Shown here: positions 32,401-41,178 of the stretch, piece by piece
Layout: the number at the start of each line of letters is the position of its first letter
Numbering within the stretch: position 1 is the stretch's first letter
Origin: Candidatus Altimarinota bacterium
GTDB taxonomy: Bacteria > Patescibacteriota > Gracilibacteria > 1-14-2-50-48-13
Reading direction: 5' to 3'
NCBI GenBank assembly: GCA_046314355.1
Contig: JBKBWQ010000001.1
Coordinates: forward strand, 416,001 to 480,000
Length of the DNA stretch: 64,000 nucleotides
Position numbers and translations under genes: made by a program
The notes under the pieces: model-generated
The model's database searches: none
The model's input: only the letters and a program-made list of their open reading frames with translations
Told to the model about the DNA's origin: nothing

Positions 32401-33063
32401 TTAATGTGTTATTGAAGCTTCAGAAAAGGCTATTTCATAATACCTCTCCATCAAGTTTTCAATCACTTGGTTCATTTCTTCTACGTGTTTATTTTTTTGC
32501 GACTCCTTAACTTGATAGACCACCATTGAAATGTTAGAAAAAGTAGAAAGAGTTTTAGTTAACTCCATACTATTTTTTCTCGCTTCTTCCTTTGATTTTA
32601 GATACATTCTAACTTCTAAGAACAGATATTCTTCCTTTGAACAGAAGTCCTCGATAGTCATATTCTTTTCCTTTAATATATTTTTTATATAATTTAAAGA
32701 AAAAAACTTACTCTTCGCGGTATGCTCTAACTGCACTGCACCGCGCTTTTTCAAATTCTGGATATGAGCCAAAAAATCTGTTTTTTTAATGCGTTTATTT
32801 TCATAAACAACTGTCTCACGTTGTGCCGCCCATTCTCTTGCATAATTGAGCTGCTCCTGCAGCATGATGAGAGGAGTAAAAACATCCAAATATTTGACGC
32901 TTAACTCTTCCATAATGCTGTTTTTTACTTCCTCAGAACAATCTGACATTGGAAGTAACTTATGCTCAAACCAGCTTCGGGTAGATATATTTAAATGTGT
33001 ATATATCTCTCTTATATCCGCATCTTTGAGCATATTATCAACCCTTATCTTGTGGCTTTTCAT
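32401..33063 (-). CDS. Hypothetical protein
   Basis: ORF with AAGGAG 8 nt upstream of ATG 33063. Confidence 0.65.
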   Translation of the reverse strand: MKSHKIRVDNMLKDADIREIYTHLNISTRSWFEHKLLPMSDCSEEVKNSIMEELSVKYLDVFTPLIMLQEQLNYAREWAAQRETVVYENKRIKKTDFLAHIQNLKKRGAVQLEHTAKSKFFSLNYIKNILKEKNMTIEDFCSKEEYLFLEVRMYLKSKEEARKNSMELTKTLSTFSNISMVVYQVKESQKNKHVEEMNQVIENLMERYYEIAFSEASITH

Positions 33064-33162
33064 ATGTATCACTCCTTCTTATATTTTTATTTACCAAAAA
33101 AATCTACTCTAACAAAAAAGATTGTCAATATTCAACAATCTTAAAACCCATCAATGTTTAAG

Positions 33163-33804
33163 CTATTTTCCAGATCTAATAATATTCTTATTCCCTACCG
33201 TAGTAGCAAGAATCGCAGCTTTTCTCGTGAGGTTCTGAAAAGGAAGGATCATTTTTTTCTTCACAGGCAGGATCTTATGATTATCTGGGATAGGCTGCAC
33301 AAAAATAGTGCGAAGTTTCGTATCATCTGTCTCATCAGGCAGACCACCGCCATCAGTATTCGGGTTATCACCTATCATACACGTAGTAGTATAGTCAAGC
33401 CCCACATCGTTACACGCATGCCTGAATCCCTCCTTATAAGGTTTCGCTAATTTTCCTTCGTAGGATCTGATACCCATTTCTTTCAAGATATTGAGTCTCG
33501 GCATACCATGACAATTAGAATAGATCCCAATCTTAAAGTACTCCAAAAGCTTTTTTATATGTGCTAAGTTCTCAGGAAGTATCTCATCATATGCAGGAGC
33601 AATACAGGCATCCACATCAAGCAGTAGTCCAGTTACAGCCCGATTCGTTTTTTTCTCAATGATACGGATAAGATCTCTATTAATATGGGTAAATTTGTCC
33701 ATATATGCATCAGCTTTTCGTGTACCTCCGGTCACCACTTTCATAAAATGCATCATCTTTGTGGGATCAATCCCCTCTCTGCCCTGCGGATAATATCTGT
33801 CCAT
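33163..33804 (-). CDS. HAD phosphatase, YqeG-like (subfamily IIIA)
   Basis: LLLDVDAC, IYSN, AKP, MIGDNPNTDGGG. Confidence 0.85.
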   Translation of the reverse strand: MDRYYPQGREGIDPTKMMHFMKVVTGGTRKADAYMDKFTHINRDLIRIIEKKTNRAVTGLLLDVDACIAPAYDEILPENLAHIKKLLEYFKIGIYSNCHGMPRLNILKEMGIRSYEGKLAKPYKEGFRHACNDVGLDYTTTCMIGDNPNTDGGGLPDETDDTKLRTIFVQPIPDNHKILPVKKKMILPFQNLTRKAAILATTVGNKNIIRSGK

Positions 33805-33903
33805 AAAAGTTCGATTAAATTATCTGCAGTGTGCAAAAAACACGCAAGAATTGCAAGAGCAACATGTAAAAAAAGTATTACGGATAACCGTAATACTTTT
33901 CTA

Positions 33904-34308
33904 TCATAACTCTTTTCTTAGTAGGCTTATTCGATGATTTGCCTCATCAATAAGCTGCTGCTGCTCCCGACTTAAAGATTCAAGTAAGTCTGCATTCGAA
34001 ACATGAGTAGTTATTTGTTCCTTTTTTTGTGTCTTAGTAATGTCCGTAAAATTTTTACTCTCATCCATGAGAATAGTCATATTTACCTGACTATCATCAA
34101 TCTCTATGTAGAATCGTCGTGCATCTACCTCAAGGACAATGTTTTGTTCTCCGATTCTCTTATTGAGCGTCGTAGAGATATCATTAGGCTGACCTTGTTC
34201 TATAACCTTCTCATATAGAATCTGGCTGTCTGATGGTCTTTGTACCAGCAGCAAGATAACCAATAACACTATAAGACCGGCAATAGCAGCCAGATTTTTA
34301 TTTTTCAT
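33904..34308 (-). CDS. Membrane-anchored hypothetical protein
   Basis: N-terminal TM; AAGGAGG upstream; terminator hairpin at 33869-33900. Confidence 0.65.
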   Translation of the reverse strand: MKNKNLAAIAGLIVLLVILLLVQRPSDSQILYEKVIEQGQPNDISTTLNKRIGEQNIVLEVDARRFYIEIDDSQVNMTILMDESKNFTDITKTQKKEQITTHVSNADLLESLSREQQQLIDEANHRISLLRKEL

Positions 34309-34425
34309 TTTCCTTCCTCCTTAATTTTTATTTTCCACAAAATAATCCATAAATTATTTTTGTCAAGTTTGTAACCATTTTTAAACATGCCCGTTATACT
34401 GTATATACATCATTTTTAAACTCTT

Positions 34426-35196
34426 ATGCAGAACATTCTCCCGATACTCCTTCTCGTAGTACTTCTCTTTTCTTCCTGCAGTACTACAGTTACTGTCTCA
34501 AATCAGAATAGCTCAGTAAGTCCTATCATACAAAACTCCAATAACTCTGAACCAATATTACAGAATGTTCAGAATCAGAATGCCACTACACAGAGTCAAA
34601 TAGCAACTACTATAAATAAAGGTTCTATCGGTCTCCAATCAGACAAAGATACATGTAGCTTAAAAGTACTACAAGGTACGAATGTTGTACTCCCAGATCT
34701 TGTAAACGTAATAAAAAAATCTATCCCTGACGCTAAAGTCGGAAAAGTTGATGATCTCTGCTATGACGCATTTACCTTCCAGCAGATTTTAGATACTGAT
34801 CATATATTGATGCAGCTTCCAGGAGACGGACGCGAGCATCCTTCTTTTGGAAAGATCTATGTACTTACACTTGCAGATCAAAAGCTCCTGCCGCTTGAGT
34901 ACTTCAACAAGAAATATACTAGCAAATACGCAAGCATGAGCGTCTCCACTGATGGCAAAAGAGCTCTCTTTGTGCAGAAGGATGCTCCTAAGGATCTTGT
35001 CATGTTTAGATTTGATCAGAACAAAGATACCGTTATTAAAACACTGCGCGGTAATGAAACATGGGATGGCACAGAGTTCTGGTCTGATGTGACTCTTACA
35101 GTTGATTGGTTAAGCGAAAAACAAGTTGAGGTTACAGTCTATAAAGATAATAATGAAAGAAAGGAACTCAGAAAAGAAAAAGTTACTCTAGAATAA
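34426..35196 (+). CDS. Lipoprotein
   Basis: Lipobox LFSSC, N/Q-rich linker, beta-rich domain. Confidence 0.75.
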   Translation: MQNILPILLLVVLLFSSCSTTVTVSNQNSSVSPIIQNSNNSEPILQNVQNQNATTQSQIATTINKGSIGLQSDKDTCSLKVLQGTNVVLPDLVNVIKKSIPDAKVGKVDDLCYDAFTFQQILDTDHILMQLPGDGREHPSFGKIYVLTLADQKLLPLEYFNKKYTSKYASMSVSTDGKRALFVQKDAPKDLVMFRFDQNKDTVIKTLRGNETWDGTEFWSDVTLTVDWLSEKQVEVTVYKDNNERKELRKEKVTLE

Positions 35197-35204
35197 AAGC
35201 ATTC

Positions 35205-35262
35205 AGGATGAGAATCCAGTACAGGTATGTAGAATTATAATTCTTGTTCTTGTCCTATTCCC
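35205..35262. repeat. Degenerate family A hexamer element
   Basis: aggatg-agaatc..agaatt then aattct-tgttct-tgtcct-attccc. Confidence 0.45.
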
Positions 35263-35311
35263 ACTAAAAGGACATAGTTTTCTACTAATTTTAAATATAT
35301 TATAAAATATA

Positions 35312-35464
35312 TTGACATTATGTAAAATAAGATTAGAATCCCCTCGCTTTCTTCATTTGAGAATCATTTCAGATAGGTCGAGTGCTTACAAATATTGTAG
35401 GTAGTCTACCTATCTGAAATGATAGGAAAATATATTGATCATTCTCAGAAGGAGAAAAATCCCC
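35312..35464 (+). promoter_or_regulatory. Promoter plus structured 5' leader
   Basis: TTGACA-16-TAGAAT; perfect 16-bp stem 35363-35378/35408-35423; SD AAGGAG at 35449-35454. Confidence 0.7.
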
Positions 35465-36130
35465 ATGGTACGCTCACAAAATCTGATTTCCAAATCAGTT
35501 TTAGCATTCAAAAAAGTAGGAATTAGTTTAGGTATCTGTTTAGTCTTTGTTTCAACACCTGGATGCAGCAGCAACCCAAACATTCCTGCAGCACCTACAA
35601 TGAATGTGGTTACACCGCATTCATCAGATTCTGCTTTCATTGTTAAACCCGGCATTCAAAATGCCGTGGCACAGACAACAGAGTTATCTGGACAGGTAGT
35701 CTGGCCGGAAAAAGAAGAGGCATCTAGCTCTCCTATTCCAAACCCTAGTCCAACAGCAAGTCCAACTGCTGTTGCTAGTACACCATTGTCTGTTCATGTT
35801 TCAGGAAACGGCGGAGGCGGAGGAAATTATATACCTTCACCCTCTCCATCTCCTTCCGCCATTAATAAGGAGTGTCCTTACTTAAACCGGCCGGAGTTTC
35901 AATACTCAGGACTCCCCTGTGTAAAGAACGGAATTGTAAACAAGAATGACAGTAGTTCCTCGAACTACAATGAGTACAAAGCTTACAATGAAAAAGGAGA
36001 AATGGTCTTTTATGACCGCAGCAACAGCGGCTCAAACAACTCTAATATAACCATTACTTCTGGTTATAGCGGAGAATACGGAAGTTATTTAAAACAAAAA
36101 GAGGAAGAAAAGAAAAAAGCTCAGAGTTAA
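35465..36130 (+). CDS. Probable lipoprotein with P/S-rich linkers
   Basis: Basic N-terminus, hydrophobic stretch, TPGC; terminator at 36173-36204. Confidence 0.65.
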   Translation: MVRSQNLISKSVLAFKKVGISLGICLVFVSTPGCSSNPNIPAAPTMNVVTPHSSDSAFIVKPGIQNAVAQTTELSGQVVWPEKEEASSSPIPNPSPTASPTAVASTPLSVHVSGNGGGGGNYIPSPSPSPSAINKECPYLNRPEFQYSGLPCVKNGIVNKNDSSSSNYNEYKAYNEKGEMVFYDRSNSGSNNSNITITSGYSGEYGSYLKQKEEEKKKAQS

Positions 36131-36230
36131 ATTTTAAAATTTGAATTAAGAGTTTTCTTTTTAATCACCTATGACCTTCATGTAACAATGAGGGTCTTTT
36201 TTTTATCAAACTTTAAAGCAAGAAAATAAA

Positions 36231-36264
36231 TTTCTAATTCCTAATTCCTATCCCTAATCCTCAA
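36231..36264. repeat. Family A arm, left of the four-helix-bundle gene
   Basis: 36241-36264 matches the reverse complement of 36724-36747 at 21/24 positions. Confidence 0.85.
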
Positions 36265-36370
36265 CACATCCCGTCTGTGTTGTAGAATTTTTACAACACT
36301 TTCGTAAATAAAGAATTAACACTCTTAGACATAAAAGTTACGATGGGTATTATTCAGTAACTGATAGTTT

Positions 36371-36727
36371 ATGTTTGATTTTGAGAGATTCCCAGTTTAT
36401 CAAAAAGCTGAAGTATACTACACGGATATTTTACAAATTTTATTACAACCAAGAATTGATAAAAATCTTAAGAGTCAACTCAGACGGGCATCACTAAGCA
36501 TTGTGCTAAATATTGCAGAAGGGTCTGGAAAGTTTACAAAAAATGATAAAAAGAATTTTTATATAATTGCAAAGGGATCAGTAAATGAATGCATTGCTAT
36601 CTTAAGGATCCTCTTAATAGAAAAACATGTTAGACAATCTACATATAATAACCTGTATGAAAAACTTACAGTATTGGCAAAAATGTTATCAGGACTTATC
36701 AATACAATGACTGAAAGAAAGAATTGA
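36371..36727 (+). CDS. Four helix bundle protein (23S rRNA IVP / Avd-like family)
   Basis: FERFPVYQKA, LKSQLRRASLSIVLNIAEGSG, FYIIAKGSVNEC, KMLSGLI family signature. Confidence 0.92.
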   Translation: MFDFERFPVYQKAEVYYTDILQILLQPRIDKNLKSQLRRASLSIVLNIAEGSGKFTKNDKKNFYIIAKGSVNECIAILRILLIEKHVRQSTYNNLYEKLTVLAKMLSGLINTMTERKN

Positions 36728-36794
36728 GGATGAGGGATAAGAATTAAGGATAGGGGTTCCATAATTCTCATCCTCATCCCTTATCCTTAATTCT
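36720..36794. repeat. Family A palindrome, right of the four-helix-bundle gene
   Basis: gaattgaggatgagggataagaattaaggatagggg then aattctcatcctcatcccttatccttaattctt; overlaps both convergent stop codons. Confidence 0.9.
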
Positions 36795-38516
36795 TTTGAT
36801 CATATACTCCCCTTCCAGCTCATACCCCCACTTCCTAAAATACTCTCTCACACCAATCCCCGATATCACCGCCATCTTAAATAGTCTATCAGAATACTTC
36901 TCTCGTACAATCTCCTCGGCTTTCTCTATCATTCTTCGTCCAAAGCCTTGATGCTGTGCAGACTCTCCTGTCCCGCCTATCTGCAGCTGAGCTCCGTAGG
37001 TATGTATCTCACGGATGAGGGCTGCTCCTTGAAGTACTTTCATCCAGTGTTTCTTCTTCTCAAAATATTGAGATGGGATTCGCAGTCTAAGAAATGACAG
37101 AATAAGATCCTGTCTTGTATCCTCAAAACTTATAAAATATTCCTTTCCATCTGAGGCATCGTATTCTCGAACTATCATCTCTACATCCTCAAGCACGACT
37201 ACCTGATCCCGCACTTCTCTTGCCCGGATATCTCTGCAGACTTTACCTTCCTTCTTTAGCTGTGCCTCTGCCACCTGACGCAGATTTGAAGTCTTAGTAC
37301 CTGCAAGAATATCCGTCGCAGGTATATCACGTATGAATCTGATCAGTCGCATATGCTCCGGGATCATTGGAAGCACTTCCATAGAGAGCTTCAAAAAATC
37401 CTCATCCTCCATTGGCTTAAATTCCCCGCTTCTCCAAAGCTTCGTAAGTTCACTATATTCAGTGACTACACATGGATAGAACTTCAGCTGATCAGGCTGG
37501 TATTCCTGCTTTGTAAGAATATCCCGGAACATATCCACATCCTTTTCAAAGGTTGTACCCCAAAGTCCCGGCATCATATGATACGTAAATTTAAATCCTG
37601 CATCCTTCATAAGCTTTGTAGCACGGATCACGTGACCTGCTAAGTGCCCTCTCTTATTTTTCATAAGCACGTCATTGTGCGTGTGCTGTACTCCTATCTC
37701 CAAGCGTGTAGCTCCAAGCCATCTAAGACGTTTAAGTTCTTTTTTATTAATCCAGTCTGGTCTTGTCTCAAGTGTAAGACCTACACACCGTACGTCTGCA
37801 GTTTCGTTGAGTTTATGCGCATCTTTCAGCGTGGAGGAAAGATTAAGTCTCTTTTTATCAATAGGTCCAAACTTCGCGTACTTAAACTTTGATCTTTCTT
37901 CAAGCTCAAGTTTTTCCTTCGCGATGGAGAAAGAATTCATGGCATTAAATGCACCCTTCAAGAAACTTACCTGATAATGTTTTGGATAAGAAGAAAAAGT
38001 CCCTCCCTGTACTATGAGTTCAATCTTATCAGTATTATGTCCCGTCACCTCAAAGGCACGGAGACGGTTATGTACCTGCTTATATGGATCAAACTGATTA
38101 AGTACCGCTCTCATCATTCCCGGCTCAGTAGAGAGATAGCTCTTCGGCATATTTTTCTCCGTAGGACAGAATACACATTCTCCAGGACACCCAAAATCCT
38201 TTGTAAAAATAGAGAGCGGAGCAATACCTGAAAGAGTACGGATACTTCGTTTCTGAATAAGCGCAAAGAACTGCGGATGCGCTTCAATCTTTCCTTCATC
38301 TAAAAGATCTCTATACGCTTTGATGAGATCCAGATTCAAAAGAGCTGGGATAGCAAATTTTGAACTATACTTATTCTTTAATTTTTGAATAGCGAGAATA
38401 GAAAAGGATTTCTTCTCGAGAGCTTCTAGGACAAAAAGTTCAGGGATGGATTGCTGCACAGGTTTTTCATAATAATCTAGCCTTGAGAGTATAGGGAGAA
38501 AATAGTCATAATGCAA
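36774..38516 (-). CDS. Elp3-family tRNA U34 carboxymethylation enzyme (radical SAM + GNAT)
   Basis: IRTLSG, CPGECVFCP, PKSY..EP, ETRPD, EIGVQ, IREIHTYG, QHQGFG, ISGIGVREYFRK.GY. Confidence 0.93.
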   Translation of the reverse strand: MHYDYFLPILSRLDYYEKPVQQSIPELFVLEALEKKSFSILAIQKLKNKYSSKFAIPALLNLDLIKAYRDLLDEGKIEAHPQFFALIQKRSIRTLSGIAPLSIFTKDFGCPGECVFCPTEKNMPKSYLSTEPGMMRAVLNQFDPYKQVHNRLRAFEVTGHNTDKIELIVQGGTFSSYPKHYQVSFLKGAFNAMNSFSIAKEKLELEERSKFKYAKFGPIDKKRLNLSSTLKDAHKLNETADVRCVGLTLETRPDWINKKELKRLRWLGATRLEIGVQHTHNDVLMKNKRGHLAGHVIRATKLMKDAGFKFTYHMMPGLWGTTFEKDVDMFRDILTKQEYQPDQLKFYPCVVTEYSELTKLWRSGEFKPMEDEDFLKLSMEVLPMIPEHMRLIRFIRDIPATDILAGTKTSNLRQVAEAQLKKEGKVCRDIRAREVRDQVVVLEDVEMIVREYDASDGKEYFISFEDTRQDLILSFLRLRIPSQYFEKKKHWMKVLQGAALIREIHTYGAQLQIGGTGESAQHQGFGRRMIEKAEEIVREKYSDRLFKMAVISGIGVREYFRKWGYELEGEYMIKRIKDKG

Positions 38517-38569
38517 TATTCAATAAATCAGGACTATTTTTATTGACATCCTATAAAAAATGTATATTT

Positions 38570-38598
38570 TTGACATACGAACAATATTGTTTTACAAT
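38570..38598 (+). promoter_or_regulatory. Sigma70 promoter
   Basis: TTGACA-17 nt-TACAAT upstream of 38633. Confidence 0.7.
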
Positions 38599-38632
38599 AT
38601 TATGATTTCTTCTCAATTCTATTCTTACACTT

Positions 38633-41113
38633 ATGGCTATATCAAAACTGAACTTAGATAAAACTCCGGAATCACCAAAACAATTAAATGTAGAATTATA
38701 TGTAGAATCAATAGAGCAGTTAGATGCATCGGTTGAAATGGCCATCACAAAACTTCAAGAAGAAGTAAAAACCATTAAAGAAAGTGATAAAATCACCGAA
38801 CAAGAGAGAGAATCCGCTCTCAAAGGATACAATATTAGAAATTTTTTGAATGATGAAATTACTAATGCTATACATTATTCTCTTACTAAAGAGAAAGGGA
38901 TTAAAATAGAGAAAGATACTATAAAACAGCATATTTCAATACTTATGCAGCCTCTTTTATCCGTATATGCTCCTTTAGTAAAACAAATCGAAGAAGAGAT
39001 TACTGAGACAAAAACAATAGCAGAAAATCCGGTTGATGATGATGCTGAAGAAATAGAGGTAAAAGAAATATTTAATATATTTGGACATTTAGAACAAATC
39101 CCAGGTAGAAGTGAAGAATATCTCGATAAATCAAAAAATAAAGCTTATACGCTTGCACAGGCTCAACTTGCCCTAGATTCAAAACTACTTGTTGAACAAT
39201 GTAAGGAGGAGCTAGCAGAGATTTGGAGAAAAAATGAATTTGCCGACCCTAAAATGAAGCTTCATTGGGTGAGATTACTCAAAAAATTAGCTTCAGCTTT
39301 ATGTTTTGTGGCATCTACAAAATTCTCCTTTAGTTCAATGGATTCATTCCTTCAAGGACATGATATCAACGGCTACTTTGGCAGTCATTCAAACGTCAGA
39401 CATATTATTGACCTGACAGTTGCTTTAGGAATGTCTTCTACCATTCTTGGTTTTAAGAACAGAATCTTAGATAAAATTGGTGATACTCAATCCGTTAGAA
39501 AAGGAATCTCAACTGCATATAAGAGACATAGAAAAGCATTTCTTTTAGGTGCAATAGTAAGTGCTACATCACTTACATCAAACGGAATTGGAATCTTACG
39601 CGACACCTATGAAGGATCTGAGAGACAAGCACAGATAGATAGTGTAAATGCAAAGATTGAAGCCGCAACTACAACATTTAACAATCAAAAATCAAAGCTT
39701 GAAAAGATTCCTTCCCTTATAGAAAAAGCTGGAAACACAATTGTTACAAAAGAAGAAGCTGGTTCATCTACGAGTAAAGCTGCAGGTAAAGGAATAGGAT
39801 GGGCATCTAAGGCTGCGACCTTTAGTGGTTCCGCTGAACCGTTTAATCAAATTGGAAATCCAAATGCTAAGGGACTAAAGAGCTATCTACAATCACAGGG
39901 AGCGATCAATAATCAAAGCCCGCGTGCCCGCGTGCAGAAACTACTTAGCACATCCTTTGATTTCGAAGCACAGAATAAAAATATATCTTTCACTAATGGT
40001 CTTAAGGAAATCAAGAAAATACAGAAAGGTATCTCTCCAGAGATGACTCTTGTACAAATCAATGGAGAATTCAAGAAGATAATACCCCTCCTAAAGTCCA
40101 TGGATGCTGCCTTTACGGAAGATACTGGGCTTATCAATAACGAGATTGAAAGATTAAATGAGATTCTTTTACACATTGATACAATCAATGCAGCTAAAAA
40201 TGCCGATAAATCTCTTATTTCAAAAATGGAAGTAGATGTAAAACCAGTAGATATTTCAGCTATTCAAGCAGAACTTAATAAGGCAAAAGTAGGAATTAAA
40301 AGTATCCCTGAGATCTATAAATTCATCAAACAGCAGATCAAATTAAGCAACCCTTCAACAAAAGAAAGTGAAGCCGCAGCCGCAGCTATTACTCAAATGC
40401 TTGCTCTTATATTATTGGTCATTCTCATCGACTTAGGAGATACAGTAATATATGGACTATTAGGAGTAAAAAAAGCTATAGCACGCGATGATAAGGCTGC
40501 TATTGGCAGCATCGATCTCGCTGAACGAGCAAATCAGAAATATACAATTATCAGTAAATTGCACAAACTCTTAAACTCTAAAGAGGTGAATACATTTTTT
40601 CCTCATGCAGAACCAATCAGTAGAGATGTAGTTGAGACAATATTGGATGACTTTATTTCAAGAAATAATATGTATATGCTCCGTTCTGAGGACGAGATTC
40701 CTGAGAAAACAAAAGGAGTAGCCAATTATATGAAGCAAATTAACAAGGCATTATTAGTCCCTCGTAAATCAGAACTCCAAGTACTTCGAGCTGAAAAAGT
40801 TGAGGTGGAAAAAGCACTTACGAATAAAAATATGGTTCTTGAATTACTTGAGAAATTCCTTCCAGGTATCAATAAACTGTATGAAACAACTGATCCTTCA
40901 GCAGTTTCTTTCGCAGACACTCAGAAAAAATATTCCGATGGGAAAAAGAAACTTGATATTACAGCTGAACAGCTTCAAAAAGATAAAGATCTTATCAAGA
41001 AGCAGCGAAAAGAAAGAGAAAAGATCAATAATAACCCTTATGAGGAAGAAAAACCCGTAGGTAAATGGCAGAAATTTATGAAGCGAGTTCTTGATGGTAA
41101 GAAAAAGAAATAG
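38633..41113 (+). CDS. Large membrane/coiled-coil protein (DUF4407-like layout)
   Basis: About 3 hydrophobic helices, coiled coil with EEAGSSTSKAAGKGIGW, then TM LALILLVILID. Confidence 0.65.
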   Translation: MAISKLNLDKTPESPKQLNVELYVESIEQLDASVEMAITKLQEEVKTIKESDKITEQERESALKGYNIRNFLNDEITNAIHYSLTKEKGIKIEKDTIKQHISILMQPLLSVYAPLVKQIEEEITETKTIAENPVDDDAEEIEVKEIFNIFGHLEQIPGRSEEYLDKSKNKAYTLAQAQLALDSKLLVEQCKEELAEIWRKNEFADPKMKLHWVRLLKKLASALCFVASTKFSFSSMDSFLQGHDINGYFGSHSNVRHIIDLTVALGMSSTILGFKNRILDKIGDTQSVRKGISTAYKRHRKAFLLGAIVSATSLTSNGIGILRDTYEGSERQAQIDSVNAKIEAATTTFNNQKSKLEKIPSLIEKAGNTIVTKEEAGSSTSKAAGKGIGWASKAATFSGSAEPFNQIGNPNAKGLKSYLQSQGAINNQSPRARVQKLLSTSFDFEAQNKNISFTNGLKEIKKIQKGISPEMTLVQINGEFKKIIPLLKSMDAAFTEDTGLINNEIERLNEILLHIDTINAAKNADKSLISKMEVDVKPVDISAIQAELNKAKVGIKSIPEIYKFIKQQIKLSNPSTKESEAAAAAITQMLALILLVILIDLGDTVIYGLLGVKKAIARDDKAAIGSIDLAERANQKYTIISKLHKLLNSKEVNTFFPHAEPISRDVVETILDDFISRNNMYMLRSEDEIPEKTKGVANYMKQINKALLVPRKSELQVLRAEKVEVEKALTNKNMVLELLEKFLPGINKLYETTDPSAVSFADTQKKYSDGKKKLDITAEQLQKDKDLIKKQRKEREKINNNPYEEEKPVGKWQKFMKRVLDGKKKK

Positions 41114-41178
41114 TAGAACGTTGCGCTATAGCGAGATCTGATATAAAATGATTAGAAGCATTATTTTAAAGTGATGTC

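Noticed and set aside
36371-36727. Diversity-generating retroelement (Avd)
   Set aside because: No reverse transcriptase and no TR/VR pair differing at adenines seen in the window.
36774-38516. Elp3 as a novelty
   Set aside because: Stand-alone Elp3 is already known from archaea and some bacteria.
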